64,000 nucleotides of DNA from Fimicolochytrium jonesii (lineage: Eukaryota): NCBI RefSeq assembly GCF_025526975.1, contig NW_026515680.1, positions 248,001 through 312,000 on the forward strand, read 5' to 3'. Below, in pieces: positions 1-11,619 of the stretch (its first letter is position 1; every line of letters starts with the position of its first letter). Below the pieces are notes generated by a model that saw only the letters and a program-made list of their open reading frames with translations, did no database searches and had not been told where the DNA came from. The position numbers were made by a program, and so were the translations under genes.

Positions 1-2239
1 GGTTTGGTCAATCGAGTTCTCTCACCGCTTAGTCGTGGGGAAAATCTTCAATGTTGGGCGAAACCACTACGGCATTCCCGGTGTCGGTGAAGCAGCTTAC
101 CGCGGGGACCATGCCTATGCATCTGCAGCTCAGCTACCAGCCTAACCCTTCCGAACTCGAGCTAGCAGAAGTGGGGAAGTCGCTATTTGAGGTGACAATG
201 TCCAGCACTGCTACCGACAAAGCTTCAGCCATGGAAAAGACTGTCGAAGTTCTGCGAACCGTGCAAGCCTGCTGGAATGGCAACGACAAGCCCGAATGGA
301 CAGAGCTTCTTGCGGTATTGGGCTGCCTTGGTAAGATTGTCGGTTCTTGACAGGTCTCCGTTTCTGAGCTAGTCCTGAACATACTTTCCCACGATTCACA
401 GGCTTTCCCACGGCGACGTTCTCCTCTTCACATGACGGACTGGAAGAAAACTCCGAAGAGAGGTCCTCCGCGGGCCTCCTTGATATTGCATCCTATGCGC
501 ATCGATCTACTCGTAGGCTTTCTTCGCTACTCTTCGCCATTCTTTACGTCCGTGGACGCGCCGTCACAGCGATATACCAATCGAAATGCAACGAACAACA
601 ATTGGAGTTGGAAAAGCTGAGGTCGCTTCAAAGCCAAATACCGTCACCGCCTACCAAACAGGTGTCATTCTCTTCTTCAAAGGATTCAGAGACGGATCCT
701 CTTCGAACCGGGGAGATCAGAAGGCGGAGCGTCACCGGCAGCATCGGGTGGGATCCTATCGCCTCGCACAGACCTTCCTTCCTTGCATCCCCAAAACTCG
801 CCTCATCGCGTACATCACACATGGCATCGACCAGAACCACCATGCATATGCGAAAAAGCAAGAGCTTAGATCTCGCACGCTTTCGAGACGGAGGGAGTCC
901 CGAGGGATCCTTCTTGGCGTCAATTCCAGAAGACGGCAACATGCAGTTGCGGAAGAAACATTCATTTCTCAACGAGGATCCGGCCTTCCTATCGCTTAAG
1001 CACATGGAACAATCTTCTCCAACGCGATCGCAATCCCCGCAGCAAATGCAACCCTCTGCCAGTCCAGCAGGCAGCATCAATGAAGCCTCATCAAACGCCT
1101 CAGCCAACATCCACCGCAAGCGCTCCTCATACACCGGCTCGCCCACGCCCACATCGCAGCTCACCCGCGTGTTCGTACCACCCATATACCCTGAAAAGAT
1201 CAGCAGCTCAGGTTCCGACACCCTTTCGAACAGTAGCTCGGTGGTCCAAAGCACACCGTCGCAAGTGTCTGTTGGCAGTTCGGGTGGAAGCGACGACACC
1301 AATCCTGCATACACGGGAAGGCGAGTGAAGCCAGGCAAACGGGCAACGACCGAAACCGGTTCTCCGCCGCCTGCCAGGTCATCCGTGAGTTCGTTGAAGA
1401 CCGACTCGGGAAAACCTTCGGTATTGAAGAAATCATCCAGTAGCGCTACGCTTTCATTGCGGAAGAGATTCTCGAATCTGTTTGGTCTCAGGTCTACGAA
1501 GAGCAAGGACAAACTCGTGGAAGAAGACCTTGTCCGTGAGTTCGATTCGGCGCGAGTCAAGCAGAGCATCATTCGAAGTCGGCCCTCGATTCTTCCTCCC
1601 AAGACCGCAGACGACAAAAGCTCAGAAGATCTGAAAGCTTCACTGAACGGACACATGAAGCGTGACTCTCCTTCCGGAAACGACAAGCGCGCTGCGGACA
1701 TCAGGGAACCTTCGAAGAAAGAGTCAACGTTCGACAATTCTCGAGAGCCAAGCCAGTCCCCTCATCCCGCTCGGCCCAAGAAGCGTTATTCCAACATCGA
1801 CAAGCCCAAAAGGCGCTCGGGGGTTCCAACAGATACCGTCCCCAACGGCGTCGCAGCAACGCGGCCATTCCCACTGGTTCAATTCAATGGGGTATCCAAT
1901 ACCGACGAAGATGTTCCTCTTCATACCGTCCGCGAGAGGGCATTGAAGAGACGGAGCTACCACGCCCTTCAAGTCGCAGGCCAGCAACCGACCTACAACG
2001 GGTCGCGGCAACAACCCCCCGTGCCGGACCTGCCTACCACCCGACCTAGCCGATACAACGACAGGCGGCACACATGGGCACCGCAAGCGTTTTACCCTCC
2101 CAACCAATTTCAGTATCCACCGCCTATGAACGTGAACAGGCAGCATTTGCCTCAATATGCGAACCGACCGACAACAGCAACTCCGCCGTTGGTTGCGTTT
2201 GCGAGCACCCATCCGAGCATGCAGCAGTACAATTGGTGA
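1..2239 (+). CDS. 3' part of an uncharacterised protein with a long Ser/Pro/Arg-rich disordered C-terminus; gene starts before the window
   Basis: ORF 51..350 ends in a GTAAGA donor near 330, a CACAG acceptor lies at 401, and the frame then stays open through the 545-aa ORF 602..2239. No domain recognised. Confidence 0.65.
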
Positions 2240-3006
2240 CGGCAAGAACACGTCCATTTCAGATATACCAGCGACGAACGCCGATAAGACCAGTGCTGCA
2301 AAAGAACGAGGAAACAGACGGTTGGGAATGATGGTCAACGCGCAGGGGATCCAACCATTGTAAATATGTGTGTGGTAGCATCGGGGGTTGCACAGTGTTA
2401 GACTCTTCCCTTGGCGGTGGTGACGGTGCTCAAGGGAGTTGATGTATGATGTATGTAGCAAACCATGTGCGGCGGGATGTTCGCCGAATGTTTAAATTGT
2501 GTTTCTCATTGCTTGCATACTAAGTGTACATGACTTGAGCGTTCATCAGCAACTTGGCAACATTCCAATATGCGAAGTGTACGAGATCATAAGGCACGTT
2601 ACTGTTGATGAGGTTGACCGCTTGTGCATGGGAATGTATGTATGGATCCCATGTGGGATGGGCGTCGCGGTGACGGAACGCGCTTCGGTTTACGAAATGC
2701 GACTTGAAGGTGATTGTTGTGTCATTTCGGACCATGCGGCGCTCCCCCCACAACACAACAAAAGCGTCCTCGAAATTCCCACGGCATCTGCCCTCATCAT
2801 AGACAGGCAGCGTACGAGCAGACCCAGCGACTACTCGGTATCCTCTCTCTCCCATAGGCGGATCGCCATATAGACCTTTCCAGACAGCCTTCGCGTGAGA
2901 AACCCTGCCCCACTCGACGTCCTGCCAATCCCTCACACCGAACGAAAGCGACTGGGATAAAGGGTCCTGCGCAGATAAGTTTCATACTGAGAGGACTGGG
3001 CCCGCC

Positions 3007-4771
3007 ATGAGTTTCCTGTTCAAGACCCGCCCGCGCACGCCTGCGGAGCTGGTTAAGGGCACGAAGGATGCGATGTCAAAGCTTGATCTTGGGGATCGGA
3101 AGAAGGTAGGCTGCGAGGGGAGGGGTTTAGGTGGAGTGGGAGAATGCTGCCACTGCTTGTGAGGGGGTGTACTGTGATGCAAGCATTGGAGTCGACTGCT
3201 TCACTCACTTCTGACATGCGAGGCTGCTGGTGTGGGCGGTATGCGGCTGGCCATTCACTTCGCTTGCCGGAGTCGAGGCTGTTATTGGCAAAGCTCACTC
3301 AATCCCGAGCGGTGCTCTCATCCGTTGAGCTTGTCCTGACAATACTACTCTATCATCAGGCGAACGAAGAGATTTCGAAAAACCTCATATTGATGAAGAC
3401 GATACTATATGGAGACGGAGGTATGTGGTATACGTGGAACGTCTGGTGGACTCCTACTCGCGGTCTCTGATCAAGTCACATCCGTCGTCCGGTGTCTTCT
3501 GCTTTGCAGATAGTGATCCAATTCCAGAACAAGTTGCACAATTGTCACAAGAAGTGTACAACAACGACCTCCTACCATTGATGATACAAAACATTGCCCG
3601 CTTTGAGTTTGAGGTGAGGCCCGGGAGTGCATTCCAAATCCACGACAGAAAGCTCAACCCAATCGCATTCTACATAGGCCAAGAAGGACGTAGCGCAAAT
3701 CTTCAACAACCTCCTCCGCCGGCAAATCGGCACCCGCTTCCCAACATCAGAATACATCGGCACACGCGAGGACATCCTCGTAGCGCTGATACATGGCTAC
3801 GAGAACCAGGAGATTGCGCTGAACTGCGGCATGATTCTCCGGGAATGCATCCGGCATGAGTCCTTGGCGAAATCGATATTGGAGTCCCCCCAGTTTTGGA
3901 AGTTCTTTGATTATGTGGAGCTGTCGACTTTCGATGTTGCTTCGGATGCGTTTGCTACGTTCAAGGTCAGTTGTGCGCTGGTGTTGGATTTGTCGATACT
4001 TGGAAAACCTGCATATCGGTCGGGCTGGACAAATGGAACATTTTCTCACAAATACACGCACTGTAGGATTTGTTGACAAAACACAAGCCATTAGTAGCGG
4101 ATTTCCTTTCAAGAAACTATGACGCGGTATGTATGCGTGGGCTATGTGCGATTTATGGCGTACTGGACTCACATTCTCCCATTGCTGCAGTTCTTCGAGA
4201 AATACACGAAACTCCTCAACTCGAACAACTACGTCACCAAGCGGCAATCGTTGAAGGTGAGATCTCAGCCTGAACAGCGGCATCGAAGGAAACAGCCTCT
4301 CACTTTCTGGAAAATCCGAATAGTTGCTGGGAGAGTTACTCTTGGATCGAACGAATTTCACCATCATGTCCAGATACATCTCCAACGCGGAAAACCTGAA
4401 GCTGATGATGAACCTGTTACGGGATAAGAGCAAAAACATCCAGTTCGAGGCATTCCATGTGTTCAAAGTAAATGGAGACCGGCGGAGCACCCTTATGCTG
4501 TAATTCATGAGTGCTAACGGGGTGTCCTTCGAAATCAGGTGTTCGTGGCAAACCCAAACAAGCACAAATCGATACTGGACATCCTACAAAAGAACAGGGA
4601 TAAACTTATTACCTTCTTGTCCAATTTCCATAACGATCGATCGGGTACGGGCTTGTTGTGCGGTGAATGTATCCCTTCGTGCGGCCGAAGCTCACAGTTG
4701 GGTTTACTATAGACGACGAGCAGTTCAACGACGAAAAGGCGTTTTTGATCAAACAGATCCACGACCTGTAG
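3007..4771 (+). CDS. HYM1: MO25/Hym1/CAB39 kinase-scaffold protein, multi-exon
   Basis: Spliced translation [23 protein letters not shown]...[20 protein letters not shown]...[18 protein letters not shown]...[12 protein letters not shown]...[19 protein letters not shown]...[16 protein letters not shown]...[15 protein letters not shown] matches the MO25 family. Confidence 0.96.
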
Positions 4772-4878
4772 GGTGGTGTCGAATACGCCGGCGTGATTAC
4801 ATCAGGAGAACGGGTGAACGGGTTGGGGGTCGTTGCGCTGTTACGGAAGCCGACAATGCTGACGCAGGGAAAAGACGT

Positions 4879-5013
4879 AGGCAGCGGCAGGGCGTATATG
4901 GATTTTTTCGGGCATTTGCCCAACAGTGCTTTGCGGGAAGCACGCCCTTTTGAGTTGGATTTATGCCCGAGCCGGCCGTACCGATAGACCCATCTCCTAG
5001 TCTGCCGCTGCCT
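4879..5013. other. Nested inverted repeats forming a long stem-loop downstream of the MO25 stop
   Basis: Pairings: 4879-4890/5002-5013 (12 bp, perfect), 4908-4915/4963-4970 (8 bp), 4920-4924/4954-4958 (5 bp), 4926-4931/4938-4943 (6 bp). Confidence 0.6.
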
Positions 5014-5588
5014 CCGCCACCGAGGGACGCTTTCCGTTTACTTACGAGTCATCGTTTATGCTAGACGGACGGACGGACCGCTTCGCTTCTCGCATTCTCA
5101 AGCACCGATGTCGGCAATTGTGGCATTCCTTTTCGGGTTTGTTCATACTATCCAAAAGGATGACATGTGGGGGGTTTCCTTTCCCGCCAGAAAAAAATGT
5201 AGTTCCACAGGTACCCCAGCTGGGGTTTGGTTTCCCCCCTCTTCCCGTTTCTCCAACCATTGTCGTCGGTTCTCGTACGAAATCCCTTACCTATGTTCAT
5301 ATCCCACTTATATCTTTCGCTTTCGTCTTTTTATTGCCAAATACTATTTGCCCCTTCCCCGCTGAACCTCTTGCGAATTGAGTCGCCGCGGCAAGCTTTA
5401 TATTCAGCTGCCAAATGCTACATTACATGCTCCCATCAATGCTAGAAATCCCAAGCTGATCTTCATAAGCTGAATGCTACTGTACATGGTTCGAATCTAC
5501 GGTCGAACCTAACCGGTTATAGCCCCAAAAAAATGCAGGATGTCGGCCTCTACTCTTCCTAAACAGCCCCAAAAACCCAAACGCCCGC

Positions 5589-7822
5589 TCAAAGCTCCTC
5601 CCCCGCGCTCCTTCCCACCCCCAAATCCACATCCCCCCTCGGTATCCCCCTCCTCCTCCCCCACCCCCTAACACTCAACGGATGCGCCTCAGTATTAAAC
5701 ACATACGCCTCCAACGGGATCGTATCGTCGTCCGCAAAGAGCAGATACAGGTATTTCAGCGTCTCGGCAAGGAAGAAGCTGGGTTGCACGTCGTCGAGCG
5801 AGGCGGGGAGGGTGCTTACGCTCCGCAGGCCGGAGAAACCGGTGTCGGTGCGGCAGTGCTTGTTGAGGGAGGTGAGGAAGACTCGGCCCATGGAGCGGTA
5901 GATGGGCTCGCGGGTGAGGCGCCACATGTAAAAGACTGATTCGATTGTTTCGGGGCTGGTCAGGGAAGAAGGGAGGTTGAGGGCGTGCATGTACGGGAAG
6001 GACATGTCCCGGCTATAGACATCCCTACTTGCATATCACAAGCCCTTACCGCAGCATATACCGCCCATCGCTGTCAGTATTGAACGCCGTGCCGACCTGT
6101 TCGGGCCCTAACCCCGTCGCCGTCTTCTCGTACCCCTCCCAGCACGTCTGAGTGATCTGCTTCCCGAGCTGGAAGAACTGCTCCCAGTTATCTTCTCGTC
6201 GCGTCAGGGCCCCCGTTGCAAACATGCCGCCGGCGAAACACGCCTGTGCACCGTGGTACCATCGTTAGCGGATGCTCGGGAGCTCAATGCAATGTAATTC
6301 ATGAAACTCATAGCGGACCTACCAGATGATGCGAGGTGGTATGTTTTGCCACCGTGTTGGTATCGTGACGCAGGTCAGCGTCCGGGACGTACGTGCGCCC
6401 GTTCCGATGGTGCACCAGATATTTGTTGATGGCCTGATGTAAAGGAGGACAGATAGGAGGAAGGTGCTTCGTCGGCGTCATGTAGAGCGACATGTCTTAT
6501 CACTCCCCTCCCTTACCTCAGCAGACTCGTCATACATGGTCCGGAACTTTGCATCTCCAGTCGCCATCCAGATCTTGAGCAGATACTCATAGAATGAGTC
6601 GGCATTCGGACCGATACCGAAGGTTTCCTTCCCGCGCTCTATCAGTGATAAATGGGTGTGAGAGCAGTGCCTTCCTCAAGTTTGATGGCCGCCGTATACC
6701 TTTCGGATATAGTCCCTTGACTGTGGTGTTCGCTTGGATGATCTCGTATATCCTGAGTGCCTGCGTAATCACCATTCTAAATCAGTGGCCTGGCGCGACG
6801 GACATCGGGAGCTAGACGTGACAGGACGAAGGAAACACCATACGCACCTTCTTCGCATAATGTGGCTTTCCAGTCACATCCGCCAGATACTGCAACTCCA
6901 ACTGTAAGCTCCCATACTCCGCCAGCGTCGCCGGCGGCCCTTCGGCTCCACCGGAGTTGAGGTTGATGGTCCTGTCCGGCATTCCCGATGGAGTATCCAA
7001 CGCCCGAATCAACCGCACCGCCAACCGTTCCGCCAGATCCAGCAACCGCGGATCGTCATCAAACTCCCACGCGCTGAGCAACCCGCCCAGGATACGGATG
7101 TTTGTCTCGAATACGCTGACGCCGATGTCCGCGTCGATCTTCAGCTCCTTCAGGACGAGTATTTTGGCAGATTGATACCGGCTCTCGAGGCCCATTAGCC
7201 GCAGCGTGTCAAGCGAGTCTACGGGTGTCGCGAGCAGGGATGTCGTGCTCCAGTTGAACCCGCGGGCGCTGACGGGCCGCAACTCGTCGTCCGGGCTGGC
7301 GTATTGGACGTACGAGTCCCATGCGTGGATCATCATCTAAGGGCGTTCGTTTTCAAATGTGAGGATGGCCTATCGGCCCCCTTGCTTCCCTTGACCGATG
7401 AGTGACTACGGGTGCCGCCGTCCTCTTCTCACCTCCTTGACACTCTCCATCATCTCCTCATCCTTGCCGTCCCGGCCATCCTCCAAAAACAGTGGAAACG
7501 GGTACGCCGCGCCCTTATGCCGCGGATCTCTCCCATTGTAGATATGGGCCTGCGTTCCAGCCTCAGGTGCCTCCCCACCTCCCACGTGCGTTCCTTGATT
7601 TGTCCAAGCAGGCTTCCCGACCACCCCTGGTGGCCTGGGAAACGAGCCCGGGGAGCCGATGGAGCCCAGGAAGCCTTTCAGAATGGTGATATCTTCAATT
7701 TCTGGGCTTTCAACCTCCCGCGACCCCCGTACGGTGATTACAAGTGCCAGACATAGAGCGGAGAGGAGGATAGCTGCGATAATGCGGCTGGTCATGGACA
7801 TTCTTGCAAGTGGAGACGCCAT
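5589..7822 (-). CDS. Class I alpha-1,2-mannosidase (GH47), type II membrane protein, multi-exon
   Basis: N-terminal TM anchor (RIIAAILLSALCLALVITV). GH47 motifs HAWDSYVQYA, DSLDTL, SVFETNIRILGGLLSA, LAEYGSLQLE, DSFYEYLLK, PETIES, SFFLAETLKYLYLLF, VFNTEAHPL. Confidence 0.93.
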
Positions 7823-8751
7823 AGCAGTCAAGAAGAGAGTATACGTTCTCAGCACCTGGAAGGAAAGCACGGTGTCGGTGCAGAAATGGAACGCAAATGA
7901 GACGCAAAGGGAGCAATGTTCCTACGCTGGCAATGAGGAGGCCTCCCGGCTTTCCACCTATTGTATCCTCGATGCCAGCGTCACCACCAGAAAGTTTATT
8001 TGACGTCTAAAAGCGTAACACCCAATTCGATACCTAATTCTGGCTGCCGCTGGCTGCCCCCACTTGAAAGTGTCCGCACCGCGCGTGTTCTCATGTTACA
8101 TCCATCGTACAACACCGGTCCCCACATGGCTCTGTGCAAACTGTACAGTATGTACTGTTTATGTAGGTTCCTCGACCGGTACTACCAAGTTGTCTCGTAT
8201 CATACTCGACCCGGTACTTCCCGCGCTGCGTGAAGCCGGACACTTCCAGAGAGTGCCGCCGGAGCGCCGTCGGCGCGACTGCGGGCGAGTATGATACTAG
8301 ACCTTGGCACGAGTACACACTGGAGAGGCCTGCTGACTCGTCGCGTTGTGAGCAGTAGTTCAGGTCGATGTTGGGATGCTGATTGTACAGTACATAAGCA
8401 GTAGTTGGGTCCACGTTCGGATGCTGAGAGTTGTTGGGATCGAGAGTCGAGACCACAAACCTCGTCCGAAAGAGCGGGGGGACAAGTCACGTGCCTCCGA
8501 AAATAACTCTCGGGCGAGGGCAGCTGCGCAACCCTTCGCTGCCTTGCATTTCCTCAACGCCCAACTTTCCGCATCAAAAGACTGCCCACGAAAGCAGGAC
8601 ACACCTGCCGGTCGTGACTTCCGTCGTATTCCCCATCGGTTATCTTATTTTAAGCAGCACACACGTTCCGCTTCTTGAACCGGTTCCTTCTTCAACCGCC
8701 ACGCAAAACGAAGTCGAAAACGCGTCCCTCGTTCTCCAGATCACAGCAAAC

Positions 8752-11141
8752 ATGGCCGACGAACACACACACCACCACGTACACCGCGAACGTACCGTCA
8801 TCAAAGAATTTGAAGACGAAGATTTCGACTGCAACGACGACGGTTGTGTCTCGCACGGCGGTTCGGAGCACCATCATCACCACCATCACGCGCACCACGA
8901 CGCGCATGGATCACAACCACCTTCGGGATTTGTTGCGAAACTTAAACATATGATTTTGGGACCGGCTGCGGAGGGAGATTCGTTTTTGGTTGAGAAGGAG
9001 ATTAAGGTGATTAAGGTTCATAAACTTGATAAGGTGCGTTGTGGTTTGTGGGTTACTTCCATGTTGCGTAAGAGCCAGGATGTCATTTAACGCGTCAAAT
9101 TCCAACAGACCCACGAAGACAGCGACGAGGAGAGCATTCACGACACGGTCGGCGACAAGGAGCACAGGCTGAAAGACGCGGCCCACAACGCGAAAGACAA
9201 TGTGAAACATACCGCAGAGGACGTGAAAAACAAGATCGAAGGCGACGCCCGTCATCTCAAGAACAAAGTCGAGGGAGATGCAAAGGAGGTAAAGGGCCGT
9301 GCTGAGGACGCCAAGGATGAAGCTGTGGAGAAAGTGAGTGAGATTTACGTCAGCGCTGTTTTGTGATCCATCGATGCTCAACGGGCATAAATTTGTGCAG
9401 GCGGACGGTCTTCTAGGCAGATTCAGGACCGGTGTCAACAACCTGATTGGCAAAGGCCACAAAGCCGAAAAAACGGCCGAAGAAACTTACGACAAAGTCA
9501 AACACGACGCCGAGAAGGAAGCCGAGAATCTCAAAGGTTCCGTCAAAGACGCCATAAAATCCGCCAAGGACAAGGGGAAAGAAAAAATCCACGACGTGAA
9601 GGACGAGGCGGAAGAAGCCAAAAAGCGTCTTGAACTTGAGAAGCGGTACAAAGAGGCGAAAGAGCGAGCGACTCATGACGCCGAACGTGTCCGCGAAGGC
9701 TTCGAGGAGGGTATCAAAAAGGTGCAGGAGAACGCCGCAGAGGCAGCAGCACGCGCCAAAGCCGCCGCAGACGCCGCGAGCCAAAGCGTCAAAGAAAAAG
9801 CCGCAAAGGCCGCGCACGTCGTGATTGATGCCAAAGAAACGGTCCACCACCGCGTCGAGGAGGCGGCGGACGGTGTCAAGCGCCGGGTTGAGGCGGCGAC
9901 TCATCGCGTGAAGGAGGAGATTGATGAGGCGGCGGAGAGCGTGCGGAAGACGGCTAAGAACGTTGAGGAGGGGGTTAAGGGGACTGCGCAGACTGTTAAG
10001 AAGAGTGTTGAGGATGCGGCGCATAAGGTTCAGGACACCGTGCATGATGTCAAGAAAGGGGTGCAGGACACAGCGCACACCGTCAAAAAGGGAGTGCAAG
10101 GCAAAGTGCACGAAGTTAAGAAGGGAGTGCAGGATACCGCGCACAACGTCAAGAAGGGAGTGCAGGACACGGCGCATAATGTCAAGAAGGGAGTGCAGGA
10201 CACGGCGCATAATGTCAAAAAGGGCGTGCAGGACGCCGCTCACAACGTCAAAGAAGGCATTCAACACAAGGCCGAAGACGTCAAAGAACACGTTCATCAC
10301 GGTATCGAGCATGTGAAAGAAGGCGCGGAATCAGCCTACCACAAGGTCGAATCAGCTGCAGAGTGTTTGGGCATCCAAGGACCGAGGACGCAGGGCGTGT
10401 ACCATCATAATCACCATCACCATACTGGCGGCTCGTTGGCGTGGGGAGGGCCGCTGGCACATCCGTTTGCGAATCCGGTGCCTGTTACGGCTTTTTATGC
10501 GGCTTTGAGCACGCTTTGGTTCCTTTGGCTTGCTAGGTATGGACCGCATGTTCCGTGTTTTTCTCGCCGCATGATTAACCTTTACTCAACCTTGGAACAA
10601 TCACAGACGCGTTTGGCTCGCCCGCAACCGCACCAAGATCTTCATCGGTGACGGCTCCTACGAGCTCGCCACCGAAGCCACCCGCGACGTCCTCGTCTCC
10701 GAAACCACCATCACCCCCAGCCGGGCCCAAAAACGCACCACCGCCGTGCACGTCGAAGACGAGGATCGGGTCAAAAGCATCAAGCAGCTCCTACGTGCCA
10801 CGGACGCGCGCAGGGCGTTCACGAATGTGGTGCCGCTGTTTTTGGTGTTGCTTGGCGCGTTGGAGTTGGAGGGCGCGTACAGGCCGCTGTTGCATGTGTT
10901 GAGTTTGGGGTTCTTGGTGGGGAATGTTGCTCAGACTGAATGTGAGTGTTCGCCTTCCTTCCCTTGTCTTCCATCTTCAAATATACTTATGGCATTCATT
11001 TCACCAGACGGCATCTTTGCCCCCAAAGGCCACGGACCCGGTCATGCCATCGGCCTTGCTCTCAACTACTCCGTCCTGATTGTCGGAGCCATCATGGGGA
11101 TACATCTCGCGTTGAGTTGCCAAGGGTGCCCAATTGCGTAA
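8752..11141 (+). CDS. His-rich / LEA-like repeat protein with C-terminal MAPEG-family membrane domain (about 703 aa)
   Basis: Exons 8752-9033, 9109-9333, 9401-10536, 10607-10941 and 11008-11141 join in frame through GT-AG introns. Contains His tracts, A/K/E/D-rich helical repeats and 11-mers (VKKGVQDTAHN). The C-terminus VTAFYAALSTLWFLWLARRVWLARNRTKIFIGDGS...LLRATDARRAFTNVVPLFLVLLGALELEGAYRPLLHVL resembles YecN-type MAPEG. Confidence 0.8.
10049..10246 (+). repeat. 33-bp coding tandem repeat, about 6 copies plus degenerate flanking units, encoding 11-mer VKKGVQDTAH(N/T)
   Basis: Repeated gtcaagaagggagtgcaggacacggcgcataat-like units are visible directly. Confidence 0.9.
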
Positions 11142-11284
11142 CCTGTTCTCATTTGTTTAGACTTCTACCTCGTGTCCTATTTATTGCTAGCTCACGTCCA
11201 ACGGGTGTGAGGACTTTTGCGAATATATAGACGTATCCATCGCTCTGGGAGAAAACGAAATCTGGACTTTTGTGAGTCTCCGTG

Positions 11285-11388
11285 ACGCGAACTTCACGCG
11301 TCAGCGAATTACGCGCCAGTGACGCGCGTTCCCTATATCGAGCCCAGCTCACGGAGAAAAGAACTTCAATAGCTCGTACCATATAAAA
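11285..11388 (+). promoter_or_regulatory. Cluster of four ACGCG cores followed by TATAAAA, upstream of the hemerythrin gene
   Basis: ACGCG at 11285, 11296 (ACGCGT), 11311 and 11322 (ACGCGCGT); TATAAAA at 11382-11388. Confidence 0.4.
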
Positions 11389-11619
11389 GGGCTGACAGGC
11401 AATGGACGGTCGCCTGTCTCGCAATCATATATGTACTGTACCATGCGTGCAGCGAACGGAGTTTCCTTCTTCAATCTGAGACCATTCTTCCAATCTGCAT
11501 CAAATTCGTTTAGTCTTCGGTTGTTAACCCCATCAAAGCACTACTCTCCAACATCCCAGCTCCGCCTTCAACGCACACCTCTACTCTCCCACCCATCCCA
11601 ACCACCCACCTCCAGCACA

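Noticed and set aside
628..1737. 369-aa minus-strand ORF
   Set aside because: Antisense shadow of the + strand low-complexity exon; no motifs.
2520..2936. 138-aa minus-strand ORF upstream of MO25
   Set aside because: Non-ATG start, no recognisable domain, and it lies in the promoter region.
5213..5226. 14-bp palindrome accccagctggggt
   Set aside because: Isolated; plausible by chance in 64 kb.
10049..10246. 33-bp repeats as a CRISPR array
   Set aside because: Head-to-tail coding repeats without unique spacers, eukaryotic context, no cas genes.
9413..10312. 299-aa hydrophobic repeat ORF on the minus strand
   Set aside because: Antisense of the LEA-like repeats; splice signals support the + strand gene.
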